From Zygnema circumcarinatum SAG 698-1b (taxonomy: Eukaryota; Plantae; Zygnematophyceae), in the NCBI GenBank assembly GCA_037447605.1, contig CM074807.1:3108990-3172989 (forward strand): 64,000 nt of DNA, given 5' to 3'. The position numbers were made by a program, and so were the translations under genes. Of this stretch, positions 36,601-46,531 are shown in pieces. How positions within the stretch are numbered: position 1 is the stretch's first letter; each line of letters opens with the position of its first letter. The notes below the pieces were generated by a model. The model was not told the origin of the DNA and ran no database searches. It saw only the letters and a list, made by a program, of their open reading frames with translations.

Positions 36601-39600
36601 CTAAAGAAACCGTGAAAGCACGTTTTGCACAACTTGTCATAGCCCCCTCCTGCATCTTGGCAAGGGGTGCCTATGAATAGGGCATCTAACGGACACTTTT
36701 TCAACATCTTCTCGTTTACTTCAACAATTTAAACTTGAACATAGAACTTCTTACCCTTCATGTGCATATATAGCCACCCCTTGAAAGTCTAATTGCTGTA
36801 ACTTTCTTGTGCATGCAGGCCCGTAGCAGAGAGCTTAAAAACCAGATAGCACAGCTGCTGGAAGACCATGCTGTACTGGGCAGGCAAGCTTCAATTATAG
36901 CAGCTGAAATGAAAGCTGCTAGCCAGAAGCTGAGGAGAGCCGAAGCCCTTATTGATGGGGTGGTGCAGGAACGGGCCCGATGGTACAGTGAGAAACAAAG
37001 TTTGACAATAGCAATAGGCTCGTTAGCTGGGAAGGCAGCACTTGGAGCTGCTTTCCTCGCCTATCTTGGCCCTCTCGATGAGAGTCAACGATCAGAGCTC
37101 ATGCAGCTCTGGGAGAGCATTCTTGTTGCATGTCCAACCCTTGGTACGAAGCCAAAGATGAACCAATTGGCCGATTTAGTCTGTACAGAAGATGAGCGTC
37201 TGTGGTGGGTGGGGAGAGGTTTGCCGGACGATGATATGGCGCTGCAGAATGCAAGCATTTTGGGAAAATCGCAGAGAGCATTATTGCTCGTTGACCCCTT
37301 AGGCCAAATGATGGAATTTTTCAAGATGTCTTTGCAAGCAAAGTGGCCGAAGGTTGGAGAAGTGAGCGCCATGGATAGCGAGTCGTTTGTAATTGGAGAG
37401 TTAGAATGCGCTGCCAGACTAGGATACCCCCTCATTGTTCGAGATGTTGTAGGCCAACCAAAGGCACTCGTGCCAATTCTATGCCAGTTAGGTTCAAGGC
37501 GAGCTGCAATGCAAACAGTAGTACAGCTCGGAGGGAGAGAAGTGTTTGTTGCTTCCTCTTTCAAGCTCGTGCTTGTGGCAAGAGCTGGTCTTGGGGAGGT
37601 TTCGGAAAGTCTTTGCAGCAAAGTTCTTGTACTCAGTGCAGCACTGACGAAAGCTGGGCTACAAAATACTCTTTTGAGTCGAATAGTGAGGGCATTGAGA
37701 CCAGAAATTGAGGCTCGGAGGACCGAAGCTCAGCAGCTTCAGGGACAATATCGGATGCGGATAACAGAGCTTGAACGCTCCCTACTGTCTGCACTTTCAG
37801 ACAGTCCAGTTGCCTTGGTCGAAAACGAGTCATTGTTGAATGTGCTTGAGAACATCAAGAATGAAGCGAGCGCGTTGGGAAAGAAAGCAGCCGAAGTAGA
37901 GGGAGCTTTGGAGCAGACACATGCAGCAAGAGCTCATTATGGAAAGTTAGCAACAGCATGCAGCCGAGCGTTCTTTGCACTCAAGGAACTGACGACTTTG
38001 AGTCCCCTATATCAGTTCTCTCTCAGTGCCTTTCTGGATGTATTCCAGTACGCATTAGCGAGAGAGAAAGCGAGGGTGGATGGTCTGCACACTGTAGAAG
38101 GAGAGGAGAGAGCTGAACACTTTCTGCTGGAGATATTGTGGACTGTTCTGAATCGTTATTCGAGCAGTTTGCAGAGCGCACATCATGTGCCCTTGGGCCT
38201 ACGGCTCGCTCAGGCAGCTCTTGAAGCCCGGGAGAGCGGTCCGGTGAATGCAGAACATCTCTCCCTTTTGGCAGGTCAGTACCAATGGTTGGTTGTTGGA
38301 GCAGCCAGCACCGGGGAGGCTCTTGATGAGAGAAAGAAAGGATCAAGTACTGGTACAAGCAAAGGGCATAGTTCGGAAGGTGAAATGTGGCAAGGGTTGG
38401 AGCAGTTATTAACCAAAAGGCAGAGGAATGAGCTGGCAAAGCTGTTTTACATTCTGCCACGGGGAAGCCTTTTACTGGAGAAATTTGTGGAGTTCGTCAG
38501 AGCGGGTGATTCCGCAGATTTGACAAGCAGTTCTGGAGAGAGACAACGAGGTTATCCTCGAGCAATTTGGGAAAAAGCAGTCGCTTCTTTGGCTGATTTT
38601 TCTAGTGAACATGAAGCCCCTGGCACTACAGTTGAGTGCACCACTTGCTGCATGAGATTGGCGGACGTTCAAGAAAGGACGCCATGCAGATCCTGTCATG
38701 ACAAAGCCATTTTGGTGGAATTTATTGGTCTGCTTGTCGCAATCGTTGTGAACCCAGCCGAGTTCAAAGAAAAGGCTATGCAGTTTGTGGCGGCTGTGTT
38801 GTGCCCAAGGCCTGCCTCAGCAACAGGTCTTCCTCGTGGGGAGAGCTCTGATGAGCGTAGCGTAGTGCGTTTAGCATTGCCAAACCTGTCCACCTTTGTC
38901 CTCAATGAAAGCAGCAGCACGCGGCCTGTCTTGCTTGTCTGCATGCCCAACTGCGATCCTACGGCTGACATTGCTGCTCTTGCACACCAAGCACACGAAA
39001 GAGGAATTCGCCACTTCGAATGCATCGCTATGGGCTCTGAAGACACTCTCTCTCTCGCAGAAGCAGCCGTGCTATCGGCAGCTCGGGAAGGGCAATGGGT
39101 CGTTTTACAGAACATTCACTTGGCCAGCGGTTGGCTTCCCGCCCTTGAGAAGCTGCTGCGGGGTGCACCTTCTAAGGGAGAGTTTCGTCTCATTCTCACT
39201 ATGGAGGCGGCGGGGCAGAGAGCAGTCCCTCCAAGTCTTGTGGAGGCTTCCGACGTGCATGTTATGGAGGCTCCCCCGGGGTTGAGAGCGAGTTTGCAGG
39301 TGGGTTTTTTCTGCTAGTGAGGAATCACATGTTGCGACCCTATGAAGTTCAGTAAATGAGCTGTGTGTTTCCCACATTGCTTCTAAATGAATCAGAGAGC
39401 AAGAGACGGGGATTGTGGCTCGTTAGAGTCCGTTTACGAACCCGAGATCGGTGACGGCCATAGCCTTTGTTAGCTTGTTACTGAGTTTTAGCACACGGTG
39501 TTATTTCTATGGGGCAGAGGTCTCTTGTCCTGCTGGGGGAGGAGCGAACATTGCCTTTGGAGGCTCTGCGAGTGGCGGTCCTTTTGGCGTGGCTGCATGC

Positions 39601-42098
39601 GGTGCTGCTAGAACGGCTCCGCTATGTCCCCATAGGGTGGTTTCATCGCATAAATTTCAGTGATACGGTAAGCTCATATTCCGATGCATCTTTCAGCCAT
39701 GCAATGTCCAATGCTCCTAGTGCAGTGTTAACCCCCTCCCAAAGCAATTCAGATTTTTTTGATTGCAGTGGTCATTTGTTTCAGTTATCTTATTGTGGTT
39801 GTAAGTGCTGGCAGTATGTCAAAGTCTAAGAGGTGTTCCAACGCTCGTCAAGAAAAACAATCTTCATGAAATTCGATGAGCATGGTTATGTGGAATGGCC
39901 ATCGACCTTTTTGCATATCATCAGCTCAACAACTGTTCAGGCTGACTAACTTGAGAAGAACAATGCTTGACTGGTTGAAAGTCAGACCTTTTGATTGAAC
40001 CTGCCCTAGACATATTGAGAACTTCCTCCCTTTTCTGAATTTGTCAGTTCTAATGTGTTTTAGGAAGCGAGCTACTTGTCTCTTTCTCGGAGTGCACAGT
40101 CTACCTGCTTCTCTGTAATGCGACTCTCGGCTGTAGTGACTAGCTAATCCGAGCAAATGACTTCGTTTTTTTCTATGCTGAACTTCTGCATTCAGGACTT
40201 CCGAACTGCCCTTGCCACAGTTGTTGTTTGGCTACGAGCCTCCTCCACAAAGGGCGACAATTCCCATTCGGGAAATATCCCTTGGACTTCGCTGACAACA
40301 CTCCTTATTGAGACTGTCTATGGACAAAAGCTGGAATCGGAACAAGATAGGGAAATTCTTAGGGCACTCGTTCACCGCTACCTCTCTCCTCCCGCAGGCT
40401 CGGCCGGTTTCACTCTCACGGGTCCCCTCCCCTCACTCGAGTTACCTTCTGACCAAGAATTGCATATAAGCTCTCAGATTGGCGTTGTGGGTTCAGCAGT
40501 GAAGCTGCCCGAGGCTGAAAATTTGCAGGATTACATCCTCTGGGTTGAGAATCTCCCTCAGGATTGTCCTCCTGAATGGTTGGGGCTATGGGCCGGAGCA
40601 GAAGACTTAAGAGTTGGAAAGGAATGTCGGCGAATTCTTGCAGACTTTTGGTCTCTGCAGATTGCAGGAGCACAGGGTGTCACAACGAAGCAGACGGTGA
40701 GTTCAGGGATGGAGGTTGTCACAAGGAAGCAGACAATGAGTTTAGGGATGGAGGGTGAGGTGAAAAAGAAACAGCAAATTTCTCCGTCTTCTCAGCCCAT
40801 CAGAAACGCAATGGTGGTTAATAAGCGCTCTAGTTCACGTGCTTTAGCCAGTAGACCCTTCGTCAATGAAGGCAGTAAGGTAAACAGTGAAGGTGTGTTG
40901 GGTATGCCGAAGATGAACCTAGACATTAGTCAGGAAATGGAGAGATGGCTGACGGATTTGGACGAAGTTGGGTTTATGGAATCAAAAGCTGAAGTGTCCA
41001 GGGGGAAAGTATCACTACCAGCTCCAATCATGCGTTGGCTGATGCGTGAATTTGACACTGGGGCTTCCTTGCTCGGAGAAGTTCGAGATCAACTGAGGGC
41101 AGTCTTGAATTCCGGTATTCTGCACACATCATTGCCACACTCCCTCTCAAAGAGCCCAGCAGATAAGTCTTACCAGGGGGAGGAATTCATGTCGATAACG
41201 AGGCAAGAAGTTCCGCAGAGGTGGCTACAGCTGAACGGTCAAAAGCAGCAATCAACAAGGGGTCCATTGGGACCTTGGCTCATACTGCTCCGTCGTCGAC
41301 TCCTTCACCTTGTTCAGCGTTGCCGAGATATCACTTCTGGGAAGAGTAAAGAATCAGAAGGGGGGGCTGGTAGCATTCTTATTACTGGTGATTGGTGGCT
41401 GGGAGGATTATTCCACCCTCGGTCCTTTCTCAGTGCTTGCAAGCAGGTGGCTTCCCAGGTCTTCCATTGGCCGATAGAGGAACTCGTGCTCTCAGTTCAT
41501 GTGAGATACTCTCCAGATTCTGATCCTTCGAAAAAGGTGAAGGCTGATGAAGGGGTGAATCCACTGATTCGTGTTACAGGTAAAGCTCAAATGTGTCTTT
41601 TTTATTCATGGCTTCAACCGAGTTTTTCTGATTGCAATTATCAGGCCCTGTTGCAGCTCCTACGTCGTTCCAAACATGCACATATCCTCATTTGTTCATG
41701 ACAACTTTTGGACCTGCTTTCACTGTACGGTTGCAGGCTTGCAGCTCCAAGGATGTTTCTGGGAAAGCGGTACTCTCGTTCTCAAGCCCGGCTTGTCATC
41801 GTTGTCAAAAAACATGACTAACGCTTCTGCATCAGACTCCGTGTCAGTTCTGCCAACAGTTGCAATCTCATGGAGTCCGTCGGCTGCTGCCTCACTGAAA
41901 GAAAATGGCGGTGAGGGTGACTCGGAGAGCTCGTCCATTGAGTCCAATTCAGTGGCATCACAGGGAATGGTCGCAGTGCCTGTCTTCTTGGATGAAACAC
42001 GCACAACTCTCCTCTTTTTCGCAAAGCTGAGGGCTAAAGGTAGTGCGAGCTCTTGGCTGCAACAAGGTGCAGCCATTCTTGCTTTGGGCGTTTTATGA
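14933..42098 (+). CDS. DYNC1H1: Cytoplasmic dynein-1 heavy chain, full length, ~30 exons (roughly 5,300-5,500 aa by summing approximate exons)
   Basis: Collinear similarity to dynein-1 from the N-terminal dimerisation domain through tail, linker, AAA1-4, stalk/MTBD, AAA5-6 and C-terminal domain. Dynein-1-type motifs: [103 protein letters not shown], and C-terminal [14 protein letters not shown]...QGAAIL. GT-AG junctions are phase-consistent throughout the motor region. Confidence 0.93.
16730..24356 (+). CDS. Dynein tail (DHC_N1) encoded by ~17 small exons; boundaries approximate
   Basis: Exon peptides in the expected order: [55 protein letters not shown]...[41 protein letters not shown]...[44 protein letters not shown]. 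Confidence 0.75.
19960..20185. repeat. GA-rich polypurine tract inside a dynein intron
   Basis: ~220 bp of G/A-rich low-complexity sequence seen directly. Confidence 0.8.
24684..27250 (+). CDS. Dynein large exon: distal tail/neck and start of the linker (DHC_N2)
   Basis: [22 protein letters not shown]...[12 protein letters not shown]...[16 protein letters not shown]...VRGLDE...KTSPY...VQQSW|V matches the dynein-1 linker. Donor TGG|GTAAGG. Confidence 0.9.
27501..29973 (+). CDS. Dynein linker end and AAA1 (exons 27501-27818, 28179-29474, 29791-29973)
   Basis: [13 protein letters not shown]; [18 protein letters not shown]; Walker A GPAGTGKT; Walker [10 protein letters not shown]; sensor-[17 protein letters not shown]. 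Confidence 0.95.
30282..31375 (+). CDS. Dynein AAA1 small domain and AAA2 (exons 30282-30781, 31041-31375)
   Basis: Sensor-[12 protein letters not shown]; Walker A GPTSAGKT; IDPKS...[16 protein letters not shown]; [21 protein letters not shown]. Confidence 0.95.
31756..34264 (+). CDS. Dynein large exon: end of AAA2, AAA3 and start of AAA4
   Basis: LPNGERL...ATVSRLGM (AAA1 Arg finger intact); VPTVDTTRH; GPPGCGKS; VFCNRINQP (degenerate Walker B); RFLRH; YSPRDLSRW; GNSGTGKST; LLVDEAQ; LAFGEIPGL. Confidence 0.95.
34596..36542 (+). CDS. Dynein AAA4 end, coiled-coil stalk and microtubule-binding domain (exons 34596-35492, 35951-36148, 36391-36542)
   Basis: KNLHVCL; HLEQGLSKV...[33 protein letters not shown]|TLEGVCLLL...TWQAI...[15 protein letters not shown]|[11 protein letters not shown]...VQPLRDEV. 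Confidence 0.93.
36819..42098 (+). CDS. Dynein AAA5, buttress, AAA6 and C-terminal domain (exons 36819-39300, 39519-39667, 40196-41579, 41738-42098)
   Basis: LLVDPLGQ; [16 protein letters not shown]; [41 protein letters not shown]; FRLILTME; [10 protein letters not shown]; [15 protein letters not shown]; [10 protein letters not shown]; PPEWLGL; [17 protein letters not shown]; GLQLQG; stop TGA at 42096-42098. Confidence 0.93.
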
Positions 42099-43033
42099 TG
42101 GAGTTGAAGAAAGGCACCCCAAAGGAGGACAGGAGATCGAGATCGATGGATGATGATACGCAGTTTCAGGGTCCTCATTGAATTAACATTCCAGTTGAAA
42201 ATAAGTCTCGTCGACTAAGTTAACCGTGATAGTGTATAGTGTTCGCGTTGTCATTTAGAATTGTAGTCGATGACAGACCTCCCATCACAGCCATTATTTC
42301 CTCCAGTAATGGAACCATTGGTGAGTCAATTGGGGGTCGACTTTCTCAATGAGAGAAGCACTGCAGACAGTGGGTGGGAGATTGGTACCTTTAGCCAAAT
42401 TGGTCCATTATGGCTTCAATGCAAGGAAGAGAAGGCTTTGTGGGAACAGCATGTCTGGTGAAGCTGACGCTTTAGGTTAGGAATAGGGCAAAGCCGAGCG
42501 CAGTGATGGAGATTTGGTCTACTACCAAATCTCTGGTTTACGCTTTTCACGCCAGTCGTGACGATCTGAGCAAATTTTCTTTTAAGAGATCTCTTTATTT
42601 TTCGATTTTGGCGATGTACAGATTTGTCTACAGCTTCACAAAAGGTACTCCAGTCTCGGGTGCTGTTATCCTACAAGCAACCTCGTGGGTGGTTGACATT
42701 GGAGCATCTCTGCCAAGCAACAGCTAAACGTCGCTTTATTGTTCTTTCCTCTCTTGCCCGTGAGGAGTGGAAACAGATAAGATAACAAATGATTGAATTC
42801 CTGCTCTATTGACCCTACTGGTATTGGAGACTGCATTGGCACATGATGATGAGTGGGTGATGATGGATGCATCTAAAGAGATGCGCCATGGGAATGACAT
42901 GCCATCGCCGATCCCCAAAGTCCTCTATCTATCTCAGCCAAACCATGTTTGGTAACACAGCACCGACTAATTCCATGGATGGAAGATGCTTCTATCGGAG
43001 GACAATTGGTAGTATGCACCGCTGCAAGGTAGA

Positions 43034-44230
43034 TCAACGTTGTGGTCCAAAGTAATTGGTGATAATTCCCATAACAGCGAATCTGTCACAATGAGCCCCA
43101 ATACAGTACAGGTCAGTTTAATGGCTGCTGCACTTGCTGAGGAACAGTAAGCAAAGCTGAGGTAAAGTTGACAATAGGATTAAGCTATGAGCAAAAAATT
43201 CCTCAAGTTCGAAGAACCGAAGTAGCTGTCTGACAGTCACGAGGACCGTGGAGGAATAATGTAGGTGCAATTAATAAGTTCCATATGTTGTCGAGGAATG
43301 GTTCAGATCCTTACGTGAGGGCGCAGACAATTTGCTTCAAGTCATTTTCGGGATGGCGCATGTTTGCCAGAGCCTGAGCAGCAAAAATAAGAGAGACCCA
43401 CGAGCCTGCCTTTTGCTGTCCAGCACCAAAAAAAATCAAAAAAAATGGAGCACTCTGAGATGGCTGTCCTCATGAACATGCAAATGATGATGCCTTGAAT
43501 TCTTAACTCAGAACCACTCGAGGCCCAGAATTCTTAAAAACATCACGAAGTCGAAGAACAAAATTGGCCAAGACCTTAGCTTCTTTCCGCTTCGTTGTAA
43601 GCCACTGATCCTAAAGCCTATCGTTAGAACTCGAACCTGCTCGAATTCAAGCATTTTACATAGTCACATGTTTGAACGAGCATATATTCTCTCTTTCGGC
43701 GTTTACCGTCTGATGCATGCTCCTGCCTACCCATTTCAGCAGCTTCGCTGCTGAGGAGGCCAGGCTCACAATTTCACCATCTTTTAAAATGCTATTGCTC
43801 ATGCAAAATAAAGAGATCAGAATAATCGTGGCACATAATCCTCTAAATAATGCTTTTCGTAGATCTAATGCCTTGGGCCCTAAAAGGTTTCAGTTTACCT
43901 CACTAAGGGTACACATTCCAACATTTAACTGTACCAGCTACTTCCCAGCTCTGTACAAGCAGCTCAAAGTGCAAAACGAGTTCAGGAAATCTTCAGGAGC
44001 TCGGCCCTTAGAAAGAGAAAAAGGGAAAATGAGTCTCTCACCCGAAGCATGACTCCAATAAGCCCAGCCATGATGGAGAGCATGCTTGCAAAGTCGAATG
44101 GCAAATCCTCCGGCTTCAAGACTGGGGGTACATACTTCTTGGCAGCCTCTGGCGCTCGAGGGTCATTGGGATTTGCCGCTTTGCCTGCAGTCACTCCCCT
44201 CTTGACAGGAGCCTGCTGCGTCTGAGGCAT
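43034..44230 (-). CDS. WDR83OS: PAT complex subunit Asterix (UPF0139 / WDR83OS), 3 exons, 112 aa
   Basis: Exons 44230-44042 (NDPRAPEAAKKYVPPVLKPEDLPFDF...GVMLR), 43415-43315 (QKAGSWVSLIFAAQALANMRHPENDLKQI) and 43082-43034 (FAVMGIITNYFGPQR*). GT-AG junctions are phase-consistent. Confidence 0.93.
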
Positions 44231-44672
44231 TTTGACCAAATTCCACGAGAAGGCAGGCTGGAAAAGAAGCAATAGCAATTACAGGGGCTGGTATTGTGGC
44301 TGGTTTAGCTGAAAGAAAATGCTGGAAGAGAAGAAAAGGGGCGAGAAGAGACGGAAGAGAAGACAGGAACAAAAAGACGAAGGGGCAATTAGAGAAGAGA
44401 AGAAGATCGCGGGAGTGAATTCGAGTCGGAGACGAGTCAGAATCGATCTGTGTACAGTGCTCGGAAGCAGGCTGAGATCGCTGCCTATTAGGGCCGGTTT
44501 GTCGTCAACCCTACGAATGAAATCGCCGTGAAGGAGAGAAGACGTGCAGCTTTTTTTCATGGAAGGAATTAGCAAAGCCCTTCCAGCAGCAAGGCGTTAT
44601 CTGAGAGAAGCTGAAAGGGAGGAGTCGGAATGCATCGACTGAAGCCATTGACAAGTGTGGCAACATCTGCTG

Positions 44673-46321
44673 ATGGAGTCGGAGCTGCCATTGGAGCTCG
44701 CCAGTGAAGGGGAAGGGGAGGAGGGCCTTCATCGCCCTGTATGCTCTCGTTGTACGAGGCCGGCATCAGTGTGTCTCTGCAGCGCCATGCCTGACTCACC
44801 TCTGGAGACAAAAACACATGTCATAGTTTTGCAAGTGAGTCTCGTCGGTAAGGAAAGGCTACATATAGTGCAGTAGACATGCAGGAATTTTCAGAATGGT
44901 CAGGCTTTCGTCGTAGATATTACAACATAGGCGCGTTTGAGCTGATTCGCCTTGGTTATTGCTTTGAATGCTGGATGTAGTGAAGGAGGAGGATGGTGGT
45001 TTTTCTCCATAGACGAAAGAAAGTTCTGGAAATCCATCTAACTGCTACAATCATTGTTAAACTCCGCTACAAGAGGAGGTCAAACATTACCGTGCTGACA
45101 GCTTGCAATCTGAACTTTCTTGACTTTTCCTTAACGTATAAGCATCATCGTATTATCATCGTATAAGCAAATGTTGTGCTGAAATAAGCTTTTTTTTCTC
45201 TTGTCCTTTTTGTCATCCTCCAGCATCCTCATGAAGCAAAACAACGTTTAGCCACAGTTCCCATCCTGCAGCGCTGCCTCCGGCACTGTCATGTTGCACG
45301 TGGTCGGCGATTCAAGCGCGGATCTCTTGCAGTCCTTGATATGCTGTCGGAGACTGCAGGACAAGGACTAAATGGAGGATCAGCACACATAGCTTCTGCT
45401 AATACTGAAGTTGGAGAATTTCTCCATTTTCGCAGAAGGCCGTGTTTACTTCTATTTCCATCTATGCGGGCAGTAGATCTTTCGCTCTGGGCAAAGGAAT
45501 ACCGGGCCAGCCGAATAAAGCTTCTGAAGTCAGGGGGAGACGATGGGTTCATGAGCAGCAAATCTCTATTGACCCAGCAGGTAGGGAGTGTTCCAAAGAC
45601 AGGAAAATTGGAGGCGGCTGATCGAATGAAGAGTAGAGGAAAGGATGAGTTCGGGGGAGGCCATAGTGCAAACGAGGAAATCTATGGAGCATCGCAGGTT
45701 CGCTCTCTTCAGAGTGGTATCAGTCATGCTGAAGAACATGATGCAGCTGAGGGTTATGTGCTTATCGTGTTGGATGGCACATGGCAGCACACGCGAGAGA
45801 TGATGACTGCAAGCGAAGATTTTCTGCGTCGGTTTACTCAGCCGGTAATTGGACGATCTTTCTCCCCCTTTCATTGCCGTTCCTCACTCATTTTAGCTTT
45901 TCTTTCCACCCTCAAATCTTCAATTCCTTGTTCTATACTTTTCCAATCATCAGATTTGTGGGAATTCTTGACGAATTCAAGCATATGTCCTCGTCAGGTG
46001 TTTTACATCCTCGCTTAATTTTGTAGAAAGTGAGGCAATTCTCAATGCATTCTGAGCGATTCTTTCCTTGTGCTCCAGGTATGCCTTCCATTTGACACGA
46101 CAATTGAAGGTCCACCGATGGGTTCCCGAGGATTCATTGTGAGGAAGGAGCCATGCGAAGGGTTTATGAGCACCATGGAGGCTGTGGCTCGAGCTCTCTG
46201 CATCTTGGAAGATGAAGGAGATCAGATTCAAGAGCAGCTTGTGCGGGCACTTGGCCGAATGGTAGAGCTTCAGCAGACCCATATCGCCTCAAAGGCGCAG
46301 GATCAAAGCGCAGCCTCTTAG
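44673..46321 (+). CDS. DTWD2: DTW-domain protein (tRNA-uridine aminocarboxypropyltransferase, DTWD2/TapT-like), 3 exons
   Basis: CSRCTRPASVCLC; VLQ|HPHE; LLLFPS; IVLDGTWQHTREM; VRKEPCEGFMSTMEAVARAL...MVELQ. Confidence 0.9.
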
Positions 46322-46505
46322 CAACTCTTAAGTGATAGTGCTGTCATCAAGTCGTTTTCGAATGGTGGAAGACTTCAAAGAGGTAAGAACAGTTCCTGCC
46401 AGAGTCTTCGAAGGGAGGTCGTGTGAAATAGAGCTCTTTTAAGCCTCTTGTTTGGATACGATACAAAGGGAACAACGATTTACTTGTGTTTTGTACGCAT
46501 CACAA

Positions 46506-46531
46506 CACATCATCATCATCATCATCATCAT
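46506..46531. repeat. (CAT)n microsatellite in the DTW gene 3' region
   Basis: Seen directly. Confidence 0.8.

Noticed and set aside
14933-42098. Dynein as a pseudogene or a contaminant insert
   Set aside because: Multi-kb exons without stops, phase-consistent GT-AG junctions across the motor, an intact AAA1, and intron style like the flanking plant genes. One tail junction remains unresolved and is reported separately.
15010-42178. Numerous antisense and alternative-frame ORFs overlapping dynein, ABCB26 and UPF3 exons
   Set aside because: Shadow ORFs of real coding exons with no independent similarity.
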